Origin: an uncultured Clostridia bacterium
Lineage (GTDB): Bacteria; Bacillota; Clostridia; Oscillospirales; CAG-272
Assembly: GCA_947631765.1 (NCBI GenBank)
Contig: CANRMP010000012.1
Location: 248 to 64,247 of the forward strand
Direction: 5' to 3'
DNA: 64,000 nucleotides
Position 1 is the stretch's first letter; each line of letters starts with the position of its first letter. Below are positions 26,794 to 35,172 of the stretch, piece after piece. The position numbers and the translations under genes were made by a program. A model generated the notes under the pieces. The model saw nothing but the letters and a program-made list of their open reading frames with translations. It was not told the DNA's origin and did not search any database.

Positions 26794-27394
26794 TTATTTT
26801 CACTCCCTTTTCGGTGACAAGAAGATTACAGGCAAGGTCATATCTGCCGACCGGCAGATCGTCCACGACAAACTGAGAGTATGCAAGACCTACCGAGACG
26901 GCGACAAGCCCGTCCATGTATCTGTCATAATATCCCTTGCCGTACCCGAGTCTGTAGCCCTTGTTGTCAAAGGCAAGCGCGGGCACCACAATTATTATGC
27001 TTCTGTGAACGTCTTCTTTTATGAATTTTTTGCAGTCCTTTTTCGGGGCGAGTATCCCGTATTTTCCCTTTTCAAGGTCTTCAAGAGACCCGATATAAGA
27101 ATAACTCATTTCATATCCGTCATCATGGCAAACGGGAAGCGCCACCTTTTTCCCCGAGGCAAGAGCCGCTTTGATTATCGGCAGAGTGTCAACCTCTTTG
27201 CTTTTCGGATAATACATAAGCAAGGTGTCGGCATATCTGTAAGACACAAGACTTGTGAAATTATCAAAAATAAGCTTATCCATTCTGCCCTTTTCGGCTT
27301 CGTCAAGCATTTCTCTCGTATCGGAAAACTTTTTTCTGAGCCGAATTTTCTCTTCTCTTATACTGTAATACATACCGATAATTATTTTTTCCAA
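26777..27394 (-). CDS. 5-formyltetrahydrofolate cyclo-ligase
   Basis: 205 aa. KEKIRLRKK-type N-terminus, VVPALAFDNKGYRLGYGKGYYDRY signature. The start could instead be the Met 7 codons downstream. Confidence 0.85.
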   Translation of the reverse strand: MEKIIIGMYYSIREEKIRLRKKFSDTREMLDEAEKGRMDKLIFDNFTSLVSYRYADTLLMYYPKSKEVDTLPIIKAALASGKKVALPVCHDDGYEMSYSYIGSLEDLEKGKYGILAPKKDCKKFIKEDVHRSIIIVVPALAFDNKGYRLGYGKGYYDRYMDGLVAVSVGLAYSQFVVDDLPVGRYDLACNLLVTEKGVKIIEVHK

Positions 27395-27399
27395 ATGTA

Positions 27400-27945
27400 T
27401 CAGTCGGCAAGCACCGAGCTTTTTATTTCCTTTGCTTTTTCCTTTGAGAGCAGGACTTCGACTATTGCAAGCCCGAAATCAAGAGCAGCTCCCATTCCGG
27501 CGCCGGTTATAAAGTTGCCGTCAACAACCACCTTTTTTGCGGAAATTTTTGCTCCTTTAAGCTCTCCCTCAAACCCCGGAAAGCAAACAGCTTCTTTCCC
27601 TTCAAGCAGTCCCAGTGCCCCGAGAACCGAGGGAGCGGCGCAAATCGCCGCAAGCTTTATGCCGCAAGACGCCGCCTCTTTTAGAAGCCTTAAAAGATAC
27701 TTGCAATTTTTTAAGTTCAAGGTTCCCGGCATTCCTCCCGGAAGCATAAGAAGCTCGACTCCCTCAAGGTTTTTTATCTCCTCAATATAAATATCCGCAA
27801 CGACGGTCACGTCCTGTCTGCTTTTTACATATTTGTTTTTGTTAAGAGAAACAGTCTTCACACAAAGACCCGCGCGGCGCATGACATCAACCGGACAAAG
27901 CGCCTCGACCGTTTCAAAACCGTCCGCAAGAAAAACGTATACCAT
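27400..27945 (-). CDS. DJ-1/PfpI (ThiJ) family protein
   Basis: 181 aa. FLADGFE..E, nucleophile elbow AAICAAP, whole-length DJ-1 pattern. Confidence 0.88.
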   Translation of the reverse strand: MVYVFLADGFETVEALCPVDVMRRAGLCVKTVSLNKNKYVKSRQDVTVVADIYIEEIKNLEGVELLMLPGGMPGTLNLKNCKYLLRLLKEAASCGIKLAAICAAPSVLGALGLLEGKEAVCFPGFEGELKGAKISAKKVVVDGNFITGAGMGAALDFGLAIVEVLLSKEKAKEIKSSVLAD

Positions 27946-28002
27946 ATGACCTCCAAAAAACGTAAAATTAAAAAATCGAATTAAATAGGACGTCTTTTTG
28001 CC

Positions 28003-28668
28003 TTATACAATATCCCGAACCGCCCGCAGTATATCGGAAAAAATATCGTCCATAGACCTTGGAGAGTCTCCCTCGTAGCACATAATATGCTCCCAAGAGC
28101 ACTTCTCTGCCACATAAAGCGACGCCTCATAGCACTTTTCAAGATAGGCAGCATTGTGCTCGTGTATATCCTTTTGGCGTTTTTCGCTTTCCGACCTGCG
28201 GTCGATAAGATTTAAAATCACCGAAGGCTTCATGTCAAGAAAAACGATTTTATCCGGCTTTGGAAGCCCGAGCTTTACGTATTCTGTATCCCAAAGCCAT
28301 GAAAGAAAGGGCTCCCACTCCTTTTTTTCAAGCTTTGAACACTGGTGAAGGGCGTTGGCGGTTGTGTACCTGTCGCAGGTCACAATGCTGTTTTCCTTTT
28401 TGTAAAAGCTTCCCCACTCGGTTCGAAATGACCAATACCTGTCCATTGCGAAAAACAACGAGGCGGCGTAAGCGTTGGTAAGTGACGGGTCGTCTCCGAG
28501 CTCTCCCGCAAGGTATCCTTCGGTCAGAATTGCGCCCTTTGTGCCGTATCTCGGAAAGTCAACCCTCAGAGCGTTCATGCCAATGCCCGTGAGATATTCG
28601 GTAAGCCTTCTTGACTGCGTTCCTTTTCCCGAACCGTCTATTCCCTCTATAACTATTAGCTTTCCCAT
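28003..28668 (-). CDS. tmk: thymidylate kinase family protein
   Basis: 221 aa. P-loop IVIEGIDGSGKGTQ and DRY motif (CDRYTTAN). The lid region is less typical than in canonical Tmk. Confidence 0.7.
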   Translation of the reverse strand: MGKLIVIEGIDGSGKGTQSRRLTEYLTGIGMNALRVDFPRYGTKGAILTEGYLAGELGDDPSLTNAYAASLFFAMDRYWSFRTEWGSFYKKENSIVTCDRYTTANALHQCSKLEKKEWEPFLSWLWDTEYVKLGLPKPDKIVFLDMKPSVILNLIDRRSESEKRQKDIHEHNAAYLEKCYEASLYVAEKCSWEHIMCYEGDSPRSMDDIFSDILRAVRDIV

Positions 28669-28704
28669 TAATGCCTGTCCTTTGTGTTTTTTTAATATCC
28701 CGCC

Positions 28705-31686
28705 TTAAAACGGCGCGTCGTCGTCATATTCCTCATATTCCTCATCGGATGATGAAGAGTCACCCCCGTCCTCGTCATTTGGTGACGGGTGCGCGTCCGA
28801 ATGCGAAGAATCGGAAGAAGAAGAGGAGGAGGATGAGAAGGAGCGGGGAGAATCCTCCAGCCGCATTAACATTTCGTCCCAGTCCTGCCGTGTGATAAGA
28901 ACCTTTCTCGGCTTCTGACCGTCCTGCGGACTGACAATGCGCATTCTCTGCATTGAGTCGATTATCTTTGCCGCTCTGCCGTATCCGAGTTTAAGATACC
29001 TTTGAAGCAGAGAGGTTGACACCTTGCCCTCCTGAAGCGCACATTCCACGGCCTCATAAAACTTTTCGTCGAGATCTTCCTCAAATTCGCCTTCATCGGA
29101 GGGTGAGGATTTTTTCTTACTGCCGCATTGCTTTGCTTTTTTGTCCATCTCTCTGATTATTTCGTCATCATATGTGCCGTTCATCTGCTCTCTTATAAAG
29201 TCGGTGACTCTTTCAACCTCGCTGTCGCTGACAAACGAGCCCTGAGCGCGTATCGGCTTCATCGCGCCTACCGGAGCATAGAGCATATCGCCCCGTCCTA
29301 TGAGCTTTTCGGCGCCCGCCATATCTATTATGGTCCTTGAGTCGGTATTTGAGGCGACCGTAAAGGCGATTCTTGAAGGCACATTTGCCTTGATAAGACC
29401 GGTTATAACGTCGACCGAGGGGCGCTGTGTACCGATTATAAGGTGCATTCCGGCGGCTCTCGCCTTCTGAGCCAGTCTGACGATCGAGGTCTCCACGTCG
29501 TCAGAGGCGGTCATCATCAGGTCGGCAAGCTCGTCTATCACAATGACTATCTGAGGCAAAAATTCCTTTTGCGGGTCGTTTGAGGTGACCTTGTTGTAGC
29601 CTTCTATGTTGCGCACTCCCGCTTCCTCGATGAGCTCAAAGCGGCGCTCCATTTCGGTAACAGCCCACGCAAGTGAGCCGGCTGCCATTTTCGGCTGGTT
29701 CACTACCGGCACAAGCAGGTGAGGCAGCTTGTTATAAACGCCGAGCTCGACCTTTTTGGGGTCTATTAAGATAAGCTTGACCTCGTCGGGTGTCGCCTTG
29801 TACAAAAGGCTGATAAGCAGTGAATTGATGCATACCGATTTACCCGAACCGGTGGCTCCGGCTATAAGCAGGTGCGGCATTTTGGCAATGTCAAGATATA
29901 CCGGCTCTCCCGAGACCGTTCTTCCAAGACAGCAGGTAAGCTTGCTCTTCGCATTTCTGAACGCGTCAGAATCTATAAGCGAGCGCAGGTAAACAATTGC
30001 GGGGTCCTTATTCGGAACCTCTATTCCGACAGCCGCCTTGCCGGGTATGGGAGCCTCGATTCTCACTCCCTGAGATTCAAGAGACAGCGAAATATCATCC
30101 ACAAGATTTGCAATAGAACGCACGCGCACTCCCGATTTCGGGACAAGCTCATATCTTGTGATTGTGGGACCGCGGGAGATATTTGTGACCTCCACGTCGA
30201 CCCTGAATGAATGGAGCGTGTCGACAAGGCGCTGAGCGTTTCTTTCAAGCACCTCTTCGGACATTTCGCCGCCTTCCCTTGTCTTCTCTTCAAGAAGAGT
30301 TATGGGAGGAAGCACATATACCTTCTTTTCCGCTTCTTCTCCTTCTATCTCGTGTATGTCGTCATCCTCAAGGAGCTTTTCCCGTGTTGCGCTTATGGTG
30401 CCGGCTCCCGTCGCAGTATTGCCCGAAATATCGGTTAACTGCTCGGAGTCGGAGGGCTCTTCCTCAAGCTCGATATCATAGCTTCCGGCAGTGTCGGAGT
30501 CAGAGGATTCCTGCGGTATTTTCGATTTTTCGTTTCCGTGTATATCGGTGGGATTTTTGTGAGAAGTATCCGAGGCGGTTTTTGCTCCTCCTTCGACAAA
30601 AACGTCGTCAAGACTTACGTCATTTACCGTTTTATGCTCGGTGGTGGCGGAGCTTTTTACCTTCGTCACGACGGCGCCTGTCTTGTTTTTGCGCGTGATA
30701 AGCCTGTATTCTTCATTTTCCGCGCTTTTGGCGCTTGTATCCGAAGCGCCGCCCTCCTTTTTGCCGTCTTTTTTGTCGTCTTTGGGCTCGCTCTTTTCGC
30801 TCTTCTCGCTCTTTTCGACCTTCTCGTCACCGTTCAGCTTAACGTCGGAAAAATTGTTTACTCTTTCTCGAAGCTCCGCTTCCTTTTGAAGCAGTTCTTC
30901 CTCACGCTCGCGGCGAATGCGAAGCTTTTCTTCGCGCTGTTCTTCCCTTTTGCTCCTCTTTTGCTCTTCTTTTTCCTCTTTTTGGGCTTTTTTTGTTTCG
31001 CGTTTTTCGCTTGAAGAGTCAAGCATCTGCCTTATATAGTACGCTATCATATTCGGGGTTAGCTCGAAAATGGACATAAGTATACCGATAAGCGCTATGA
31101 TGATAACAGGCCATGCGATAACGTTAAGGCAGGCGCGAAGCCCTCCGCCGACAAGAGCGCCGAAAACGCCCCCTCCTATTAAATTTGCTCCGAGCTTCCA
31201 CATATTAGGCAAGTCGTAAAACCTTGAGCCTGACAGCCCGCTGTCGGGAATACCGATAAATATCATGTGAAAGAGCGAGGAAACAAAGACTATCGCCAAA
31301 AAATTAAGAATAAATTTTGACAGAAGTCTGTTTCTTCTGAACGAGCTTTTCCACATTGCGGCGTATATAAACGTCATTATCGGGATAAGGTACGCGCCTA
31401 TTCCGAAAAGACCGTAAAAAAACACGCACACCCCGTATCCAACGGGTCCGGTAAGTCCGGAAAAGCCGTCCTTCATATCGGTACAAAGGAAACACACAAG
31501 AAGCAGAAGCCCTATAATTCCTATAAGGCAGAGCATTATCTGACTGCCGGGGCTGTCCGGGTTGCGCGGTATTTTAAGCGCGCCCGTTTTGCCTTCCTTA
31601 TAGTCGGCAACCTCTGTTTTCCCCTTTGCATTGCTTTTTTTCTGCACGCTGTTACTTTTAGCCGTGCTTTTTTTCTTTTCCGCCAT
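28705..31686 (-). CDS. ftsK: DNA translocase FtsK/SpoIIIE with a long charged linker and an acidic C-terminal tail
   Basis: 993 aa. N-terminal TM segments, Lys/Glu-rich linker, motor domain (Walker A GATGSGKS, Walker B VIVIDELADL), gamma winged helix (STSLLQRYLKLGYGRAAKIIDSM), then a 48-aa Ser/Asp/Glu tail ending DDDAPF. Confidence 0.93.
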   Translation of the reverse strand: MAEKKKSTAKSNSVQKKSNAKGKTEVADYKEGKTGALKIPRNPDSPGSQIMLCLIGIIGLLLLVCFLCTDMKDGFSGLTGPVGYGVCVFFYGLFGIGAYLIPIMTFIYAAMWKSSFRRNRLLSKFILNFLAIVFVSSLFHMIFIGIPDSGLSGSRFYDLPNMWKLGANLIGGGVFGALVGGGLRACLNVIAWPVIIIALIGILMSIFELTPNMIAYYIRQMLDSSSEKRETKKAQKEEKEEQKRSKREEQREEKLRIRREREEELLQKEAELRERVNNFSDVKLNGDEKVEKSEKSEKSEPKDDKKDGKKEGGASDTSAKSAENEEYRLITRKNKTGAVVTKVKSSATTEHKTVNDVSLDDVFVEGGAKTASDTSHKNPTDIHGNEKSKIPQESSDSDTAGSYDIELEEEPSDSEQLTDISGNTATGAGTISATREKLLEDDDIHEIEGEEAEKKVYVLPPITLLEEKTREGGEMSEEVLERNAQRLVDTLHSFRVDVEVTNISRGPTITRYELVPKSGVRVRSIANLVDDISLSLESQGVRIEAPIPGKAAVGIEVPNKDPAIVYLRSLIDSDAFRNAKSKLTCCLGRTVSGEPVYLDIAKMPHLLIAGATGSGKSVCINSLLISLLYKATPDEVKLILIDPKKVELGVYNKLPHLLVPVVNQPKMAAGSLAWAVTEMERRFELIEEAGVRNIEGYNKVTSNDPQKEFLPQIVIVIDELADLMMTASDDVETSIVRLAQKARAAGMHLIIGTQRPSVDVITGLIKANVPSRIAFTVASNTDSRTIIDMAGAEKLIGRGDMLYAPVGAMKPIRAQGSFVSDSEVERVTDFIREQMNGTYDDEIIREMDKKAKQCGSKKKSSPSDEGEFEEDLDEKFYEAVECALQEGKVSTSLLQRYLKLGYGRAAKIIDSMQRMRIVSPQDGQKPRKVLITRQDWDEMLMRLEDSPRSFSSSSSSSSDSSHSDAHPSPNDEDGGDSSSSDEEYEEYDDDAPF

Positions 31687-31772
31687 TTATAACCTTTCTT
31701 TCTGAAAACCGGAATTCTTGACAAACCGTCGGTTTACTTTATTTTTCCTATTATAAAGACCGGTCATTCCGT

Positions 31773-32621
31773 TCAAAACAAATTTATTAATCCAAACACC
31801 AAGGCAAGCGCGCCGACCGCGCCGCAATAGTAAGAAAACACTCTGAAATTGCTTTTTTTCGAGATCATTATAAGCAGCTTAATAGCAAGTATCCCGACAA
31901 TCATCGCGGCAAGAGCGCCCGCAAGGTATGTAAGAAAGAGCGCCGTATCGCTGTTTGAAGCCGTTTCGCTTATAAAATCGGGAAGCTCGAGCACGCAGGC
32001 GCCGAGAATTGCAGGAATGGAAAGTATGAATGAAAACTTCACCGCGTATTCACGGCGAAAGCCTTGGGAGAGCCCCGCGGTTATTGTCGAGCCGGATCTC
32101 GAAAGTCCGGGCAGGATGGCAAAAACCTGAACTATGCCGACAAATAACGCGTTTCTCGGCTTGACGTCTTCCGGATACACATTCTCTTTTGCCAGCCGGT
32201 CTGACATGTAGAGCATCACGGCGTTCAGAATGAGGATAATTCCCACAGCCCACACATATCCCGAAATGGCGGCGACAAGCTTGTCAAGCAGCGCCGCGGG
32301 AATAAGCGGCAGGGTGGCGATAAGCACAAAAATGACCATTCTTTCGGATACGGTGAAATCGGAAAGCTTGTGCTTTTTGTGTATCAGCTTGCCGCACAGG
32401 GTGAAAAAGGAACATATAAGCTCCCATATGTCCTTGGCGTAAACGATAAACACGGCAAGCAGCGTTCCGAGATGCAGCAGCACGCTGAAGGAGAGCGAAT
32501 TGTCCCCGAAATCGTTCCCGAAAATTGCCTGCAGCAGGGCAAGATGTCCCGAGCTGGACACTGGCAGAAATTCCGTAAGCCCCTGAATAATACCGTATAT
32601 GATAGATTCCCAGATTGTCAT
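31773..32621 (-). CDS. uppP: undecaprenyl-diphosphate phosphatase
   Basis: 282 aa. GIIQGLTEFLPVSSSGHL and PGLSRSGSTI signatures. Confidence 0.93.
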   Translation of the reverse strand: MTIWESIIYGIIQGLTEFLPVSSSGHLALLQAIFGNDFGDNSLSFSVLLHLGTLLAVFIVYAKDIWELICSFFTLCGKLIHKKHKLSDFTVSERMVIFVLIATLPLIPAALLDKLVAAISGYVWAVGIILILNAVMLYMSDRLAKENVYPEDVKPRNALFVGIVQVFAILPGLSRSGSTITAGLSQGFRREYAVKFSFILSIPAILGACVLELPDFISETASNSDTALFLTYLAGALAAMIVGILAIKLLIMISKKSNFRVFSYYCGAVGALALVFGLINLF

Positions 32622-32978
32622 GCTGTTTCCTTTCTCATAAAAACGCGGCTTTTGGTTTTTTCGAATTGAAATTGAAATAAGTCTTAGAGCGTATCGCCGC
32701 GCGAAAGCGGGCGTTGTCAGACGGGTTATTTCTTCATATAATGAAAATAAGAGAAATTTTTCCTTACGCAGTTATTATATTAACATATAAGCGTTTAAAT
32801 TACAAGGGATATTTTTAAATATTTATTTGATATTTTCGGACGTAGTTAACAAATTGTTTACACTAAATTCAACTCTACGGTCATATATTGGTAAAAAAGA
32901 CCTTGAAATCAAACGGTTTTTATGTTAAACTATTTCCTGATAGTGCTTTACGCAAAAAAACAATAAGGATTACTCATA

Positions 32979-34034
32979 ATGATAATAAAAACTCGTCTTT
33001 TTTCACGAATACCGTTTACCGCAATACTTTCGGCAGTAATGCTCTGCATTTTCAGCGCACTGACGCTTTTTGCAAGCGTCAGGAGCGGGATTCCGGTGAA
33101 CGCCCTGCAAGAGGATGCGACTTCCGCCTTGGAAGCGCCCGCCGAGGCGAAAAATGCAAATGATATTGCAGGCGCCGAAAAGTCCGAGAGCTACGCTCCG
33201 GCAGCGGTCGAAAAAAATGACGGTATAATTACAAACGAAGACGATATAACCAAAAACGAAGACGAAAACACACAAAACGCGACAAACGGCGACAATACGC
33301 CCGAAAAGTCCGACGATATTAATAAAGATCAAATAACCGACAGCACAGACGGCAAAAACGAGCAAGAAGGTAATGCACCCGAAGAAACCGGGAGCGCGAA
33401 GGACGACGATACCGAAGAACCCGCAAACGATATTATAGAAGAGGAACCGAAAGCAGAAGAAAACAGCGGCAACAACACGGAAGACGATAAGAAATCCGAC
33501 GCTGAGACAGACGAGCCCGAAATTGACGATACGCCCGAGGGACCGGACAAAAACACCGAAAGCGACCCGCTTTTGCGCTTTATATCCATAGTAATGGGCG
33601 AGGTCGGAACCAAAGAGAAGGCTTACAACAACGTCAAGTACAACACATGGTATTACGGAAAGACAGTGCGCGACACCCGCGCCTCCTCGGCAAAATACGC
33701 ATGGTGCATATGCTTTATAAGCTGGTGTGCAAACAAAGCCGGTATTGACACGAGTATAATACAAAAAACCGCAAGCGCCGGCACGCTCAGGAATTTTTAC
33801 ATAAATAAAGGGCTGTACGAAAGCCGCTCAGCACACACCCCGAAGGTGGGAGATATAATATTCTTCGGAAGATCGGGCGCCTCTCACGGCGGAGTTGTTG
33901 TGGCTGTAAACGGCAACACCATACAGACCGTCGAGGGCAACTGCACAGATATGGTCAAGGTCATGACGTATAATATCAACGATTCGTACATATTGGGGTA
34001 CGCTTCTCCCGACTATTACGCGGCGGCAAAATAG
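32979..34034 (+). CDS. secreted CHAP-domain peptidoglycan hydrolase with an acidic low-complexity linker
   Basis: 351 aa. N-terminal TM/signal, ~150-aa D/E/N/T-rich linker, C-terminal CHAP domain (KYAWCICFISWCANKAG ... GDIIFF..GASHGGVVV ... TVEGNC). Confidence 0.82.
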   Translation: MIIKTRLFSRIPFTAILSAVMLCIFSALTLFASVRSGIPVNALQEDATSALEAPAEAKNANDIAGAEKSESYAPAAVEKNDGIITNEDDITKNEDENTQNATNGDNTPEKSDDINKDQITDSTDGKNEQEGNAPEETGSAKDDDTEEPANDIIEEEPKAEENSGNNTEDDKKSDAETDEPEIDDTPEGPDKNTESDPLLRFISIVMGEVGTKEKAYNNVKYNTWYYGKTVRDTRASSAKYAWCICFISWCANKAGIDTSIIQKTASAGTLRNFYINKGLYESRSAHTPKVGDIIFFGRSGASHGGVVVAVNGNTIQTVEGNCTDMVKVMTYNINDSYILGYASPDYYAAAK

Positions 34035-34066
34035 AAGGCAAAATAAAAAAATAATAACATAGCTTA

Positions 34067-34096
34067 GAAAGAGCGTCGCTTTCGGCGCTCTTTTTC
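34067..34096 (+). terminator. intrinsic terminator after the CHAP gene
   Basis: AGAGCGTCG-CTTT-CGGCGCTCT followed by a TTTT run. Confidence 0.7.
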
Positions 34097-34232
34097 TCTG
34101 CCCGAAATCAAAAAGCGCCCAAAAGACGCCCTGCCGCTTGCAAAGCACGTCTTATACCGCCTTTAAATTGCATATAAATATTTCAAAGGTTTAACTTTTT
34201 TGTAACTCACACTATTCATTGTCCCTTAAGTA

Positions 34233-34261
34233 TTGACTTTTTTCCGCAAAAAATGTATAAT
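34233..34261 (+). promoter_or_regulatory. sigma-A-type promoter
   Basis: TTGACT (34233..34238), 17 nt, TATAAT (34256..34261). The ORF-track start at 34253 lies inside this -10 box. Confidence 0.65.
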
Positions 34262-34312
34262 GAAAGCGTAACCGATCAAAATTTCTGTCGGTTGCACGGA
34301 AGGAACTATTTT

Positions 34313-35149
34313 ATGAAAAATAATATCAAGAAATTATTCGGTGTGCTTTTACTGCTTGCCGCACTGTCCACAGGCTCCTTTGCCGACCTTGCAGGTGCGG
34401 GTTTGCCGTATCAGCCAGAGCAAAATAAAGTCGAAAACAGCTACGCCGAGGTAGCAAAGCCTGCCGCCGCCGCCTTGGGCGAGCGAAGAAACATGGTAGT
34501 ATGCAGCAGTATACTGAATATTTATTCCGATGAATCCTTGGCGGGAGACATCGTTGCAGTAAGAAACAAAGGAGAAATAATCGAGGCGTCCACAGACGAC
34601 GGGCTTATATATCAGGTATATTCCAATTCGGGAATTGCCGGATACTGCCGCGCGTCGGGGCTTATATACGCCGACACAAAGACGGTTGTAAAGCTGCCGG
34701 TGCTCTGGGAAATAGACCCCGATAGCGCCGCGAAAAAATACACAGAGCTTACAGACGTCAACGAATTTGCCTACAACAGCCAAAACGGGCTCAGAGTTAA
34801 TTCCGAGGTGGTTCTTGTACAGCGCGATCTGCTTATTTCTCTTTCCAAGGCGGCGTCCTCGATTTCAAGCGGCGGTTACACTCTTGCGATTGAACAAGGA
34901 TACTCCACAGACGAGGCTCCCGAAGGATGCCCCGCGGATTTTCGAAGCGGCGCGCTTGTCCGCCTTTCTCTGACTGACTCCGGCGGAAACGTTACTCCGC
35001 TTTCCGAAAACGCGCGGGCGCTTTCCGCAGTACTCGGCGCGGGGCTTGTCCGCTTTGAGGAGAGCGAGCTGTTTTACTTGTCGTCATATGACACATATAT
35101 GCTGATAAACATTTCGTCCTCCGATTATGTTTATGTTATATACGAATAA
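34313..35149 (+). CDS. secreted protein: SH3b-like domain plus a degenerate VanY/M15-like C-terminal region (function unknown)
   Basis: Start moved to ATG 34313 (GGAAGGAA RBS; signal peptide MKNNIKKLFGVLLLLAALSTGSFA). The C-terminal pattern GYS....RSGALVRLSL resembles the M15 motif GYRS...SxHxxGxAxD but lacks the His and Asp. Confidence 0.5.
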   Translation: MKNNIKKLFGVLLLLAALSTGSFADLAGAGLPYQPEQNKVENSYAEVAKPAAAALGERRNMVVCSSILNIYSDESLAGDIVAVRNKGEIIEASTDDGLIYQVYSNSGIAGYCRASGLIYADTKTVVKLPVLWEIDPDSAAKKYTELTDVNEFAYNSQNGLRVNSEVVLVQRDLLISLSKAASSISSGGYTLAIEQGYSTDEAPEGCPADFRSGALVRLSLTDSGGNVTPLSENARALSAVLGAGLVRFEESELFYLSSYDTYMLINISSSDYVYVIYE

Positions 35150-35172
35150 ACCTCAAAGAAAGGAAGAGCCTC

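Noticed and set aside
30500-31020. Lys/Glu/Ser-rich low-complexity stretch and overlapping plus-strand ORFs (30207..30698, 30538..31014) inside ftsK.
   Set aside because: It is the normal charged linker between the FtsK membrane domain and the motor. The frame is continuous and the overlapping ORFs are shadows.
32622-32978. 357-bp AT-rich region upstream of the CHAP hydrolase gene, checked for a ydaO/c-di-AMP-type riboswitch, which is often found before cell-wall hydrolases.
   Set aside because: I could not recognise the conserved ydaO core or a pseudo-two-fold architecture by eye. Only promoter-like hexamers and a small GC hairpin (~32694..32712) are present. A covariance-model scan would be needed before claiming anything.
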